The position numbers and the translations under genes are program-made. Shown here piece after piece: positions 9,587 through 19,455 of a stretch of DNA of 58,937 nucleotides. The DNA comes from an uncultured Tissierella sp. (GTDB lineage: Bacteria; Bacillota; Clostridia; Tissierellales; Tissierellaceae), in contig CAZHLF010000001.1 of NCBI GenBank assembly GCA_964532845.1, positions 2,109 to 61,045 of the forward strand, given 5' to 3'. Position 1 is the first letter of the stretch, and every line of letters begins with the position of its first letter. The notes beneath the pieces were generated by a model. The model saw nothing but the letters and a program-made list of their open reading frames with translations. It was not told the origin of the DNA and did no database searches.

Positions 9587-10038
9587 TTTACATAATTGAA
9601 CTTAGTATGGCATTTTTAGGATCCTTGGGATTTTCAATTCTCTTTAATTTAAGAGGAAAAAAATTATGGTATGCTGCCATAGGTGGTTTATTTTCTTGGG
9701 TAATTTACCTATTACTCGAGTTTTGGCTTAAAGGTGAGATGCCAAGGTATTTTATATCCTCACTGATAGTAACAATTTACTCTGAAGTACTAGCCCGCAT
9801 AGAAAAAACGCCGACTACTACATTTTTGACTTCTGCTGTTGTACCTCTAATTCCTGGACGATCACTGTATTATACAATGAGTTATGCTATTAATGGGATG
9901 CTTGATAAGTTTGCTATTAGTGGTGCTCAGACTTTTGGTCTTTCAGCATCAATAGCAGCTGGTATTATGGCTGGGTCTTCCTTGTTTAGATTAATAATGG
10001 TCACAAAACAAAATGGAAAAGATCAGATAAGTGCTTAG
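9583..10038 (+). CDS. ThrE_2 (YjjB-like) partner membrane protein
   Basis: 4-5 TM, PLIPG motif, overlaps stop of upstream ThrE gene. Confidence 0.85.
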   Translation: MIYIIELSMAFLGSLGFSILFNLRGKKLWYAAIGGLFSWVIYLLLEFWLKGEMPRYFISSLIVTIYSEVLARIEKTPTTTFLTSAVVPLIPGRSLYYTMSYAINGMLDKFAISGAQTFGLSASIAAGIMAGSSLFRLIMVTKQNGKDQISA

Positions 10039-10060
10039 GGGTAAAAAATCAACTGATTTG

Positions 10061-10090
10061 AAGGATGTACATCCATGTACATCCTTTTTT
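10061..10090 (+). terminator. Intrinsic terminator
   Basis: AAGGATGTACAT-cc-ATGTACATCCTT + T run. Confidence 0.7.
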
Positions 10091-10219
10091 GCTGCCTTTT
10101 ACAGAAGTAATTGTAGGGCTAAACTGTAGATGGAAATTCACCTATTTAGCCAAAGAGAATATTATTGTAATAGGAAAGGCATGTACTTTTCTAAAATAAA
10201 CTATAAGGAAGCGATAAAT

Positions 10220-10522
10220 ATGTCAATGCCAGTTATATCACCATCTACAACTACACCATGCTAGGCAATTACTGATTTGCTAGAGTCTATTGCTCTTCAG
10301 GAAGCATGTCTAGCTCATATAATAAATGCTGAAGGTGAAAAAATCCAAGCAGCTCTTGATATAGAAGATGTTACTATTGCTGATTTAATAGCTATCAATC
10401 AATCTGTATCAGATATACTAACTAAGGTTATTAAGTTGGAAATGGTTCTTGAATTTAAGTTGGAGGAAATTGGTAGATTAGATTGCCCTAATTGTCAGAG
10501 ATGCCAAACTACCACTGTTTAA
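10220..10522 (+). pseudogene. Conserved-looking small helical protein (MSMP...AHIINAEGEKIQ type) interrupted by in-frame TAG at 10262-10264
   Basis: RBS AAGGA + ATG 10220 gives MSMPVISPSTTTPC*AITDLLESIALQE..., in frame with the listed ORF 10277-10522. Confidence 0.65.
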
Positions 10523-10529
10523 AATTATC

Positions 10530-10559
10530 AAAGGATATGGTTTAAAAACATATCCTTTT
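10530..10559 (+). terminator. Hairpin terminator
   Basis: AAAGGATATG...CATATCCTTTT. Confidence 0.6.
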
Positions 10560-10713
10560 AATAATATGTACAATTTAGAGATATTAAAAGTCTAGCAAGT
10601 TGAAAAAATCTTTTGAAAATAAAGGTATCTTATGGATTTATGTAGAATACATAAGGATAGAGAAATGGGATATAGGCTAATAAATTAATTAAGTTGATTA
10701 GGAGGAGATCTAG

Positions 10714-11256
10714 ATGATAATAAATTCCTTTCATAGGTTGGAAAGTGAAAATATAATTTTCAAACCATTAAGTACAGATGATGCTATTGATATTCATATT
10801 TATGCATCGGATGTTGATGTTTCAAGATTTATTGGGTGGAAATTAATGCATACCTTGAATGAGACCAGAGAATTCATTGAAGAAATGATTAAGCGGGAGG
10901 CAAATGGAACTTATTTATATGCATCTATTGTACTTAAGTCAACTGGAAAAATTATTGGAACAGCAATGATTTTTAATTTTGACAAGGACGCTAGGCACGC
11001 TGAGATTGGATATGTTTTAAATAAAGACTATTGGGGAAGAGGGTATGGAACTGAAACTGTTAAATTAATGAATAAGTTTGCTTTTGAATGTCTCATCTTG
11101 CATAAACTCCATGCACATGTGGTAGATGCAAATACTGGTTCAATTCGGGTATTGGAAAGAAGTGGATTTGTGTTAGAAGGGAGATTTAAGGATTATTATT
11201 TTATTGAGGGTAGATATTATGATGGATTATTCTTCGGTAAAATTAATTCTAAATAA
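10714..11256 (+). CDS. GNAT acetyltransferase, RimJ/RimL type
   Basis: AEIGY, YWGRGYGTE, NTGSIRVLERSGF. Confidence 0.9.
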   Translation: MIINSFHRLESENIIFKPLSTDDAIDIHIYASDVDVSRFIGWKLMHTLNETREFIEEMIKREANGTYLYASIVLKSTGKIIGTAMIFNFDKDARHAEIGYVLNKDYWGRGYGTETVKLMNKFAFECLILHKLHAHVVDANTGSIRVLERSGFVLEGRFKDYYFIEGRYYDGLFFGKINSK

Positions 11257-11285
11257 TATCACTGAACCTTCTAAAGAAGTATAAT

Positions 11286-12146
11286 TCACGCTAGAGAAAG
11301 AGTAATTATTCCCACTGTCATTAGACAAATACCTATTACTTTTATTTTAGTTAACTTTTCTGAGAGAAATTTAACACCTAGAAATGCACCAATTAATATG
11401 CTAAGTTCTCTAATAGGAGCAATGTAATAAACTGGAATAGAAACCATGGCAGTTAAAACCAAGATGTAGGATAGGGGAGATAATATTCCTACTGTAAGAG
11501 CTTCTTTTCTATGATGAGTAACTAATTCTTTTAATTGATCTTTTCTACGTAGTGCATAGGGAGTTAGAATCATAACACGTCCCAGATTTGATAGCCAATC
11601 TAGAAGTACTGGAGGCAACATAAGTGTACTTACTGCTATCTTATCAAAAATTGTATATGATGCTATAGAAATACCACATAGGAAAGCATAAATGAGAGAT
11701 TTATCTTTACTTGAATTTAGAATTAATGCAGGATTTCCTGTAATTGTAATAATTCCAAATATAATTAAAAATATACCGATAATTGCCACTAAAGAAGCAC
11801 TTTCTTTTAATATAATAATTGCTATCATAGTTGAAAACAGTGGACCAGTACCACGGGCTAAAGGGTATATTATAGAAAGATTGCCAACACTATAACCTTT
11901 GTTTAGCAATATAAAATAAACAGAATGTAATACAGCACTTCCAAAAATAAATAAGATGAAGTAAGGTTTAAAATCAATTTCATAAATAAATAATGATGCC
12001 AAGGCAAAAGGAAAATAGATAATAGAAGAAATAATTGAAAATAACCAAATAAATGTGGAATCACTCTTAACCTTTTTTGTGTTATAGTTCCATGTTGCAT
12101 GACAGATAGCAGAAAAAATAATTAATATGAAGCCTGTGAATGTCAT
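11286..12146 (-). CDS. EamA/DMT-family transporter
   Basis: ~10 TM, HATWN, YPLARGTGP, APIRELS. Confidence 0.85.
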   Translation of the reverse strand: MTFTGFILIIFSAICHATWNYNTKKVKSDSTFIWLFSIISSIIYFPFALASLFIYEIDFKPYFILFIFGSAVLHSVYFILLNKGYSVGNLSIIYPLARGTGPLFSTMIAIIILKESASLVAIIGIFLIIFGIITITGNPALILNSSKDKSLIYAFLCGISIASYTIFDKIAVSTLMLPPVLLDWLSNLGRVMILTPYALRRKDQLKELVTHHRKEALTVGILSPLSYILVLTAMVSIPVYYIAPIRELSILIGAFLGVKFLSEKLTKIKVIGICLMTVGIITLSLA

Positions 12147-12317
12147 TTAGAGTCCTCCAAGGGGATATATTTATATGTATAGGATAATTATACATATTAA
12201 AGCAGTAAATGTTAAGGAAAAAGAATAAAATAATGGAATCAGCCTTGTTTTTTACTTTCTTGATATGATTTAACTATGATGATACAATAAAGAAAACCTT
12301 AAAAGAGAGGATTAATC

Positions 12318-12668
12318 ATGAACAATCATAAAATATATAAAATGAGTTTTTCAAGTGTTTATCCACTTTATATTGCCAAGGCAGAGAAAAAAGGACGTAC
12401 TAAAGAGGAAGTTGATGAGATAATACTTTGGTTGACTGGATATAAAAAGGAAGAGTTCCAATCACAGATTGAAAAACAAACAGATTTTGAAAACTTTTTT
12501 GCCGAGGCACCTGAACTTCATCCAAACAGGGTATTAATTAAAGGGGTAGTATGTGGAGTTCGTGTAGAAGATATTGAAGAACCCACTATGCAGGCAATAC
12601 TTTATTTAGATAAGCTAGTAGATGAATTGGCTAAAGGAAAGACAATGGACAAGATTTTGCGAAAATAG
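12318..12668 (+). CDS. DUF2200 family protein
   Basis: [37 protein letters not shown]. Confidence 0.85.
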   Translation: MNNHKIYKMSFSSVYPLYIAKAEKKGRTKEEVDEIILWLTGYKKEEFQSQIEKQTDFENFFAEAPELHPNRVLIKGVVCGVRVEDIEEPTMQAILYLDKLVDELAKGKTMDKILRK

Positions 12669-12682
12669 CATGTAAATATGAA

Positions 12683-12724
12683 ACTACTGATAATTGTTTT
12701 GAACAATTACCAGTAGCTTTTTTT
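12683..12724. terminator. Terminator between convergent genes
   Basis: CTACTGATAATTGTT...AACAATTACCAGTAG + T run. Confidence 0.65.
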
Positions 12725-13170
12725 TATGGGAATACAGGTCCCTGAAGTATTACTTCTCCAATTCTGTCACCATAATCAACTGGTCTTATGGCTACTTCAA
12801 GAGGAGGTAGAGTGCCACCAAAAGTTAAAAATGCGCTGGCTACCCAATTATCCTTATTATCTGTAGGGAATAAGAATAGCTCAGATACAAATTCATCTGT
12901 TCCAGCAACTGTTATAGTAGCAACATAACTTTCATAAGGTCCAAAGGTATTAGGTTCAGGTAGGTTAATTGCCAATATTGTTACGCGTTGTATAGGTGGA
13001 ATAAAGGTGGTAATCTCAAATATCGATGCTCCAGCAATAAAAAGTTGTTCGGCTGGTCCTGCTGGTAATAGAGGATTTACCTCAACAAAGCTTAAGCTTT
13101 CAATTTTTTCAGTTACATTATTTTCAGATTCATTAATTTCAATTTCATAATTTTCGATTTTATTATCCAT
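12724..13170 (-). CDS. Hypothetical protein
   Basis: GGAGG 7 nt before ATG 13170; 148 codons; no recognised domain. Confidence 0.65.
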   Translation of the reverse strand: MDNKIENYEIEINESENNVTEKIESLSFVEVNPLLPAGPAEQLFIAGASIFEITTFIPPIQRVTILAINLPEPNTFGPYESYVATITVAGTDEFVSELFLFPTDNKDNWVASAFLTFGGTLPPLEVAIRPVDYGDRIGEVILQGPVFP

Positions 13171-13188
13171 GGTCAAACCTCCTTTTTT

Positions 13189-13240
13189 AAGCTTTGATAA
13201 AACCGCTTACAGAAGCGGGGGATACATGCACCTCCTTATA
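13189..13240 (-). repeat. Internally deleted copy of the 8010-8129 structured element
   Basis: RC TATAAGGAGGTGCATGTATCCCCCGCTTCTGTAAGCGGTTTTATCAAAGCTT vs TATAACGAGGTGCATATATCTCCCGCTTCTGTAAGCAG...GCAGTTTCATCAAAGCTT. Confidence 0.75.
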
Positions 13241-13303
13241 TAATATGAAGATAAGAAAAAGTTGTGTATAGGATTAGGTCAGATATGAATTATTTACCAT
13301 ATT

Positions 13304-13331
13304 AGTTTTCTACTCTCAAAAAATGGGTAAA
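13304..13331 (+). promoter_or_regulatory. sigmaB-like promoter AGTTT-N16-GGGTAAA
   Basis: Fits the clostridial sigmaB-type pattern WGWTT-N13-17-GGGTAWA; ~45 nt before CMD gene. Confidence 0.5.
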
Positions 13332-13373
13332 TCCATAAGAGACTATATAGAAAATAAATAGGGAGGAATTGGA

Positions 13374-13715
13374 ATGAAGGATTACTTTGAGAATTCAGAT
13401 GTTATTGAAAAGAATTTCAAGTACTTTATGGAGAATCACGGTGAGATCTATGATGCTTATGAAACTTATGGAAAGCTTGTACATGAAAAGGGCGGACCTT
13501 TAGAGGATAGGACTCGTTGGTTAGTTAAGATTGCTCTATCAACTTCTAGTCAATATCAATATGCATTAAGAACCCATATATTAAAAGCATTAAAGGCTGG
13601 TTGCACTAAGGAAGAAATTGAACACGTAATTTTACTAACTGCTCCAACTTGTGGATTTCCTACAATGATGGAAGGGATGCTTATTCTTAGGGATGTTATA
13701 GAAAAAGGTGAGTAA
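13374..13715 (+). CDS. Carboxymuconolactone decarboxylase / AhpD-like protein
   Basis: GPL..RTRWLVKIA, HILKALKAGCTKEEI, GFP. Confidence 0.85.
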   Translation: MKDYFENSDVIEKNFKYFMENHGEIYDAYETYGKLVHEKGGPLEDRTRWLVKIALSTSSQYQYALRTHILKALKAGCTKEEIEHVILLTAPTCGFPTMMEGMLILRDVIEKGE

Positions 13716-13761
13716 TTATAGAATTATTTCTTAGTCTTCATGGCACAATATATTCAGGGAA

Positions 13762-14307
13762 GTGATGAATATGAGATTGTTTATTGCCATTAATTTTGAT
13801 AAGGATGTAAAAAGAGACATTCAGACAATAATTGATAAGGTCAAAGGATATGCCCAAAAGGGGAATTTTGTTAGCAAAGAACATATGCATTTAACATTGG
13901 AATTTTTAGGTGAAATTCCAGAAGAAAGAGTAGTAGATATTAAAGAGGCTATGAAAGAACTAAATATGAGCCCATTTAGCTTCAGTTTATCTCAGCTTGG
14001 ATTATTTAATCGACGAGAAGGAGATATTTATTGGCTTGGGATTACTGAAAATAAAGAACTTAGTGATGTACAGAAGACTCTTCATAATCTACTTAAGGAA
14101 AAGGAATTTAAGCTGGAAGAAAGAGAATATACTCCGCACCTTACAATTGGAAGAAAGGTTAAAATGGAGAATGTATTTAATCCTGAAGATTTTAAACAGG
14201 CCATTAGTCAAATACTAATCAGTGTAGGTTCCATTGATTTAATGAAAAGCGAAAATATCAATGGAAAACTTACTTATACAAAGATTTATTCAAAGGATTT
14301 AAAATAG
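13762..14307 (+). CDS. thpR: RNA 2',3'-cyclic phosphodiesterase (2H phosphoesterase)
   Basis: MRLFIAI, two HxT motifs HLTLEFLG and PHLTIGR. Confidence 0.9.
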   Translation: MMNMRLFIAINFDKDVKRDIQTIIDKVKGYAQKGNFVSKEHMHLTLEFLGEIPEERVVDIKEAMKELNMSPFSFSLSQLGLFNRREGDIYWLGITENKELSDVQKTLHNLLKEKEFKLEEREYTPHLTIGRKVKMENVFNPEDFKQAISQILISVGSIDLMKSENINGKLTYTKIYSKDLK

Positions 14308-14320
14308 GGAGTTAACAAAA

Positions 14321-14351
14321 AAAGGGTATTCTCAATCAGAAGAATACCCTT
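14321..14351. terminator. Bidirectional terminator
   Basis: AAGGGTATTCT...AGAATACCCTT between convergent genes. Confidence 0.65.
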
Positions 14352-14360
14352 AAAAATTTT

Positions 14361-14567
14361 TTATACAGCTGGTTTAAAAATTAAATCATCTACCTTAACG
14401 CCTAAAGCTTCCGCTAAAGCTACAACCTTGTTGAACGCAGGATTTACCTTAGTTCCACGTTCAAGTTCCTCAATATAGCTTTTAGAAATGTTGGTAAATT
14501 TAGACATATCCAAGCAAGTATATCCTTTCATGGTCCTCAATTCTCTGATTCTCGCACCGTTTAGCAT
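14361..14567 (-). CDS. Small XRE-family HTH regulator
   Basis: RIRELR...ISKSYIEELERG...NP...LAEALGV. Confidence 0.85.
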   Translation of the reverse strand: MLNGARIRELRTMKGYTCLDMSKFTNISKSYIEELERGTKVNPAFNKVVALAEALGVKVDDLIFKPAV

Positions 14568-14682
14568 AATATACCCCCTAATTAATTAGATGACTAACTT
14601 CCATACCACAATTATCATTCAAAGATATTAAGTGTTATTTAAGAGTATGTTAAATTTAAGCAAAAAATTAGAGAATTTGACT

Positions 14683-16062
14683 TTAAATATGAATCGGCTT
14701 ATCAATTGCTCCGTATGCTGCCTCTACTAAGGCCTCGGAAAAAGTTGGGTGAGGGTGTATAGTTTTAGCCAAATCATAAACTGTTCCTTCCAGTTGCATT
14801 ATAGATACAGCTTTGGAAATCATATTAGCTGCATCGCTACCGATGATGTGAACTCCAATGACCTCTCCGTACTGGTTATCAGATATTATCTTTACAAACC
14901 CAGTAGTTTCTCCTTCTGCAATAGCCATTCCATTAGCTGCTAAAGGAAACTTACTTACCTTATAGTCAAGATTATTATTCTTAGCCATTTCTTCAGTTAA
15001 ACCTACACTGGCCATTTCTGGGAATGAATAGACCACAGTGGGCACAAGATAATAATTTAACTTACTTTCCTCTTTCATAATGTTTTCAGCCGCAACAATT
15101 CCTTCTGCTGATGCAACATGTGCTAATGGATATTTTCCATTAACATCCCCAATGGCATAAACTCCTGAAATATTGGTTTCCATTCTCTCGTTAGTTTCTA
15201 TAAAACCTTTAGCGTTAAGCTTTAATCCTAACTTTTCAAAACCTTCAAGATTTGGCTGAAGTCCTAGAAATACTAAATACTTATCAGCAGGTAATACTTT
15301 TTCATTTCCCTTAGTCTCAATTACTAACCCGTCTTTAGAGAATTCCTTAATATTAGTATCTGCTACTAGTTTAAGTCCATCTTTTTTAAGCTGTCTTTCC
15401 AGAGTTAATGCCATTTCACTTTCTGCAAAGGGAAGAATATGCTCAGATTCAAAGACGAGAGTAGTATTAGCTCCTATTGAATTATATAGGGTTGCAAATT
15501 CTACTGCATAGGTTCCATTACCTAAGATAACTACATCTCTAGGTATATCCTTTAGCTGTAATGCACCACGACTATCAATTGCTTTGCCTGATTCAATATA
15601 TGCCTTTAGTCCAGGGATATCTGGTAATTTACCTCTTGCACCAGTAGCGATAATAAGATTATCACATTGGATTATTTCTCCATTTACCTCAACCTTATTC
15701 TTATCCAAAATATCAGCATTTCCATTTATGAATGTTATATTATTTTTCTTAAACAACATATTTATTCCTGCTACAAGCTTGTTTACAACCTGATCCTTTC
15801 GGTTAATCAATTTTTCCCAGTCCACTCTTGCACTGGATAAGTCTATACCAGTTATTCCAAAGTCCTCACTTCGAAGTACATCCTTAAAATGCTTAGCAGT
15901 TATTAATAGGGTCTTGGTAGGAATACAGCCCCAATTGAGGCAAATACCTCCAAGCCTATCTCTTTCAATTACTGCTACTTTAGCCCCAAGCTGGGCTGCC
16001 TTAATGGCAGCCACATATCCACCGGGTCCTCCTCCGATTATTAATACATCATATTTACTCAT
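14683..16062 (-). CDS. lpdA: Dihydrolipoyl dehydrogenase (E3)
   Basis: GGGPGGY, GGICLNWGCIP, HPHPTFSE. Confidence 0.95.
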   Translation of the reverse strand: MSKYDVLIIGGGPGGYVAAIKAAQLGAKVAVIERDRLGGICLNWGCIPTKTLLITAKHFKDVLRSEDFGITGIDLSSARVDWEKLINRKDQVVNKLVAGINMLFKKNNITFINGNADILDKNKVEVNGEIIQCDNLIIATGARGKLPDIPGLKAYIESGKAIDSRGALQLKDIPRDVVILGNGTYAVEFATLYNSIGANTTLVFESEHILPFAESEMALTLERQLKKDGLKLVADTNIKEFSKDGLVIETKGNEKVLPADKYLVFLGLQPNLEGFEKLGLKLNAKGFIETNERMETNISGVYAIGDVNGKYPLAHVASAEGIVAAENIMKEESKLNYYLVPTVVYSFPEMASVGLTEEMAKNNNLDYKVSKFPLAANGMAIAEGETTGFVKIISDNQYGEVIGVHIIGSDAANMISKAVSIMQLEGTVYDLAKTIHPHPTFSEALVEAAYGAIDKPIHI

Positions 16063-16075
16063 GAAATCACCAACC

Positions 16076-17377
16076 TTATGACCTTAGTAAAAGCATATCA
16101 GGATCGGATAAAAGCTCTCGTAGCCTATTGATAAATCTTGCACCACTGGCACCATCAATGATTCTATGATCATAGGATAAAGATACTGGAAGAATCTTTC
16201 TTATTACTATCTCATCATCAATTACTATAGGCTTTTTAGTTACTCTTCCTAAGCCTAATATAGCTGCTTCAGGATAATTTATTATTGGGATTCCAAAATA
16301 TCCTCCTATAGAGCCATAGTTGGTAATTGAGAAGGAGCTGCCCTTAAGTTCATGAAGCTCAACTTTATTATCCTTTGCTCTTGTGGTAATATCCCATATT
16401 GCCTTTGCCAGTTCAATAATGCTAAGTCTATCTACATCTCTGATAACAGGAACCATCAGTCCTCTTTGGGTATCAGTAGCTATTCCAATATGATAGAAGT
16501 GTTTTAGAACTATTTCTTCATTTGCTTCATCTAGTGATGAGTTAAATTCAGGGAATTCCTTTAAGACTAAAATTGTAGCCTTGATTATAAATGGAAGATA
16601 AGTTAGATTTACATCCTCTTCCTTTAATACATCTTTATATTTATTCCTAAATTCATCAAGTTTTGTTACATCTATTTCATCCATAGCAGTTGTATGAGGT
16701 ATGGTAAATTTGGATTGTGACATTCTGTCAGCTATGGTTTTTCTTATTCTGGTAAGAGGTACACGTTCGACTCTTTCATCTGAGATAATTAGAGGCTCTT
16801 TTTCAACTGTTGGAGCAGGTTTTGCCACAGCTATTTTTTCAACTGCAGGAGCTTGTTTAGCCTTGTAGATATCCTCTTTCATAACTCTTCCATTAGGACC
16901 TGAGCCTATGATGGATGTAATATCAACTCCAAGGTCCTTTGCAAGTTTTCTAGCTACAGGGGTTGCAAGTACCTTTCCTTTTCTTTCTGTAGTTGTTTTT
17001 TGTGCCACAAGTTCTGTGCTGGCAGGTATTAGCTCTGAAGAAGCTATAACCTCACCTACAACACCAGCTGTCTCCTCTTCAACAACTTCAGGTTTTGCAA
17101 TAGGACTTTCTCCAATAACTGTTTCTGATGAAGCGTCTCCTGAAGTATCTATTACTACAAAAACCTGACCTACATTTATTTTGTCACCTTTATTTGCCTT
17201 TAGTTCTAACACCTTGCCACTTCTAGGAGAAGGTATTTCTGTAGTAACTTTATCTGTTTCTACCTCTGCTAATGACTGTCCTTCATTTACTGTATCACCT
17301 TGATTTACAAGCCATTTCATTATAACACCCTCATGGATGCCTTCACCTATATCTGGAAATTGAAATTCATATTTCAT
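16076..17377 (-). CDS. pdhC: 2-oxoacid dehydrogenase E2 (dihydrolipoamide acyltransferase), one lipoyl domain
   Basis: PDIGEG, ETDKV lipoyl site, ATPVARKLA, YDHRIIDG. Confidence 0.9.
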   Translation of the reverse strand: MKYEFQFPDIGEGIHEGVIMKWLVNQGDTVNEGQSLAEVETDKVTTEIPSPRSGKVLELKANKGDKINVGQVFVVIDTSGDASSETVIGESPIAKPEVVEEETAGVVGEVIASSELIPASTELVAQKTTTERKGKVLATPVARKLAKDLGVDITSIIGSGPNGRVMKEDIYKAKQAPAVEKIAVAKPAPTVEKEPLIISDERVERVPLTRIRKTIADRMSQSKFTIPHTTAMDEIDVTKLDEFRNKYKDVLKEEDVNLTYLPFIIKATILVLKEFPEFNSSLDEANEEIVLKHFYHIGIATDTQRGLMVPVIRDVDRLSIIELAKAIWDITTRAKDNKVELHELKGSSFSITNYGSIGGYFGIPIINYPEAAILGLGRVTKKPIVIDDEIVIRKILPVSLSYDHRIIDGASGARFINRLRELLSDPDMLLLRS

Positions 17378-17392
17378 ATATTATTCCCTCCC

Positions 17393-18373
17393 TTAATATC
17401 TCACTACATCTTCAATAGCCTTTGCGATTCTTTCAGGGCTAGGGATATAGTGCTGTTCTCCTCTAGGAAGAGGGAAAGTTGTATCAAAGCCTGTAAGTCT
17501 TGTTGGAGGTGCTTCAAGGTAAAGAAACGCTTTTTCATTTACAATGGATATTATTTCTGCCCCAAGGCCTAATGTTTTTGGAGCTTCATGAACAACTAGT
17601 ATTCTTCCTGTTTTCTTAACAGATTCAATAAAGCTTTCTCTGTCCATTGGAGCAATTGTACGAAGGTCTATTATCTCTGGCTGAATATCTTTTTTCTTAA
17701 CAATCTCAGCAGCTTTTTGAACATCTCGAACCATAGCACCCCAAGTAACGATTGTAATATCCTCTCCTTCCTCAACGATTTTAGCTTTTCCAAGAGGTAT
17801 CTCATATGAACCCTCTGGAACCTCCTGTTTAAAGGCTCTGTAAATTCTCTTAGGTTCCCAAAAAAGTACTGGATCAGGATCTCTAATTGCAGCTATCAAT
17901 AGACCTTTAGCATCATAAGGAGTAGATGGGACTACAAACTTAAGTCCTGGAATTTGAGCAAACATGGCTTCAGTACTTTCAGAGTGATGTTCAAGGGCTC
18001 TAATTCCTCCCCCATATGGTGCACGAACTACTATTGGTAGATTGTATTTTCCTCTGGAGCGGTTTCTCATCCTGGCTAGGTGACTTACGATTTGGTTAAA
18101 GGCTGAATATACGAAGCCTGAAAACTGCATTTCAACTACAGGTTTTAATCCATTTATTGCCATTCCAATGGCGGTTCCAACTATGGCAGACTCTGCTAGA
18201 GGACTGTCAAATACCCTTTCTACTCCAAATTCCTTTTGAAGGTCAACTGTAGCTCTAAAAACCCCACCTTCTACACCAACATCCTCACCATAAACAACAA
18301 TTGATTTATCCAACTTCATTTCATCCATCAATGCTTGATTTACTGCTTGAACTATATTAAGTGTATTAGCCAT
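17393..18373 (-). CDS. pdhB: 2-oxoacid (pyruvate) dehydrogenase E1 beta
   Basis: GEDVG, GGVFR, PLAES, EHHSES. Confidence 0.9.
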   Translation of the reverse strand: MANTLNIVQAVNQALMDEMKLDKSIVVYGEDVGVEGGVFRATVDLQKEFGVERVFDSPLAESAIVGTAIGMAINGLKPVVEMQFSGFVYSAFNQIVSHLARMRNRSRGKYNLPIVVRAPYGGGIRALEHHSESTEAMFAQIPGLKFVVPSTPYDAKGLLIAAIRDPDPVLFWEPKRIYRAFKQEVPEGSYEIPLGKAKIVEEGEDITIVTWGAMVRDVQKAAEIVKKKDIQPEIIDLRTIAPMDRESFIESVKKTGRILVVHEAPKTLGLGAEIISIVNEKAFLYLEAPPTRLTGFDTTFPLPRGEQHYIPSPERIAKAIEDVVRY

Positions 18374-18374
18374 T

Positions 18375-19455
18375 TTAGTTACCTCCTTTTAGAAAGGATT
18401 TATATTCATTAAGCTGCTCTTCCAATTGAAGAGGCATCTTTTCATAATGGTACTTAAATATATCATCTATTTCTGTATCCGATTTATTTTCAATGGATTC
18501 AAAGGTGGCCATTACCTCTAGCTCCAATTCTTTTAAAGTTGTATCTTCCCATTCCTGGGTTAAAAGACCTTTTTCCTGGAGATAAATCTTAAACCTTTTA
18601 AGAGGGTCCTTTGCTTTCCACTCTTCAACCTCTTCGCTTTCCCTGTACTTTGTCGGGTCATCAGAGGTAGTATGAGCACCTAAACGATAGGTGTAGGCTT
18701 CTATAAGAGTTGGGCCTTCTCCATTTCTAGCTCTATCTACAGCTTCTTTAGTGGCATTATACATTGCAAAGATGTCGTTACCATCAACTAAAATACCAGG
18801 CATTCCATAGGCAACAGACTTTTGAGCCAGGTTTTTACTCATTGTTTGTATTACTCTTCGAGTAGAGATTGCATATTGATTATTTTGAATAACAAATACC
18901 ACAGGAGCCTTAAAAACAGCCGCAAAGTTCAATGCTTCGTGGAAATCACCTTCTGAGGTACCACCATCTCCTACATAAGCAACAACTACATTTTTCTCCT
19001 TCTTTATATTGTTAGCCATTCCTATACCAACTGCATGTTGAAACTGAGATGCTATTGGGACTGATACAGGAAGGATATTTACATCTTCAATATAGCTGCC
19101 CCACTCATTACCGTACCAATAAAGATAAATATTCTTAAGTGGAACTCCTTTAATTAACCAAGCTCCCAATTCTCTAAAAGCTGGAACCAGCCAGTCATCT
19201 TTTTCCATTGCATAAGCGCTTCCTATTTGTGCAGCTTCTTGCCCTGTATTTGGAGCATAGGTCAGCATCCTGCCTTGTCTTTGGTAGGATAGTGCTTTGT
19301 CATCTATTGTTCTGGTGTAAAGCATAGTCTTGTATAAATACATTAATTCCTCATCTGTCAATTTCGGCATGTCATCTTCTTTCATAATTTTCCCGTTTTG
19401 ATCTAGAATTGAATAAATTTTATTGTCCAGGGGGATTGTAATCTTCAAGTCGCAT
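18375..19455 (-). CDS. pdhA: Pyruvate dehydrogenase E1 alpha; apparent 1-nt frameshift near the N-terminus
   Basis: GQEAAQIG, GDGGTSEG...NNQYAIS TPP motif, HTTSDDP; the RBS-linked ATG 19455 is out of frame by one base at the G5 run 19430-19434. Confidence 0.9.

Noticed and set aside
13203-13222. GAAGCGGGGGA resembling the c-di-AMP riboswitch core
   Set aside because: Other conserved blocks (GGGGTGAATC, CAGCTAAC) absent; explained as part of the 8-kb element copy
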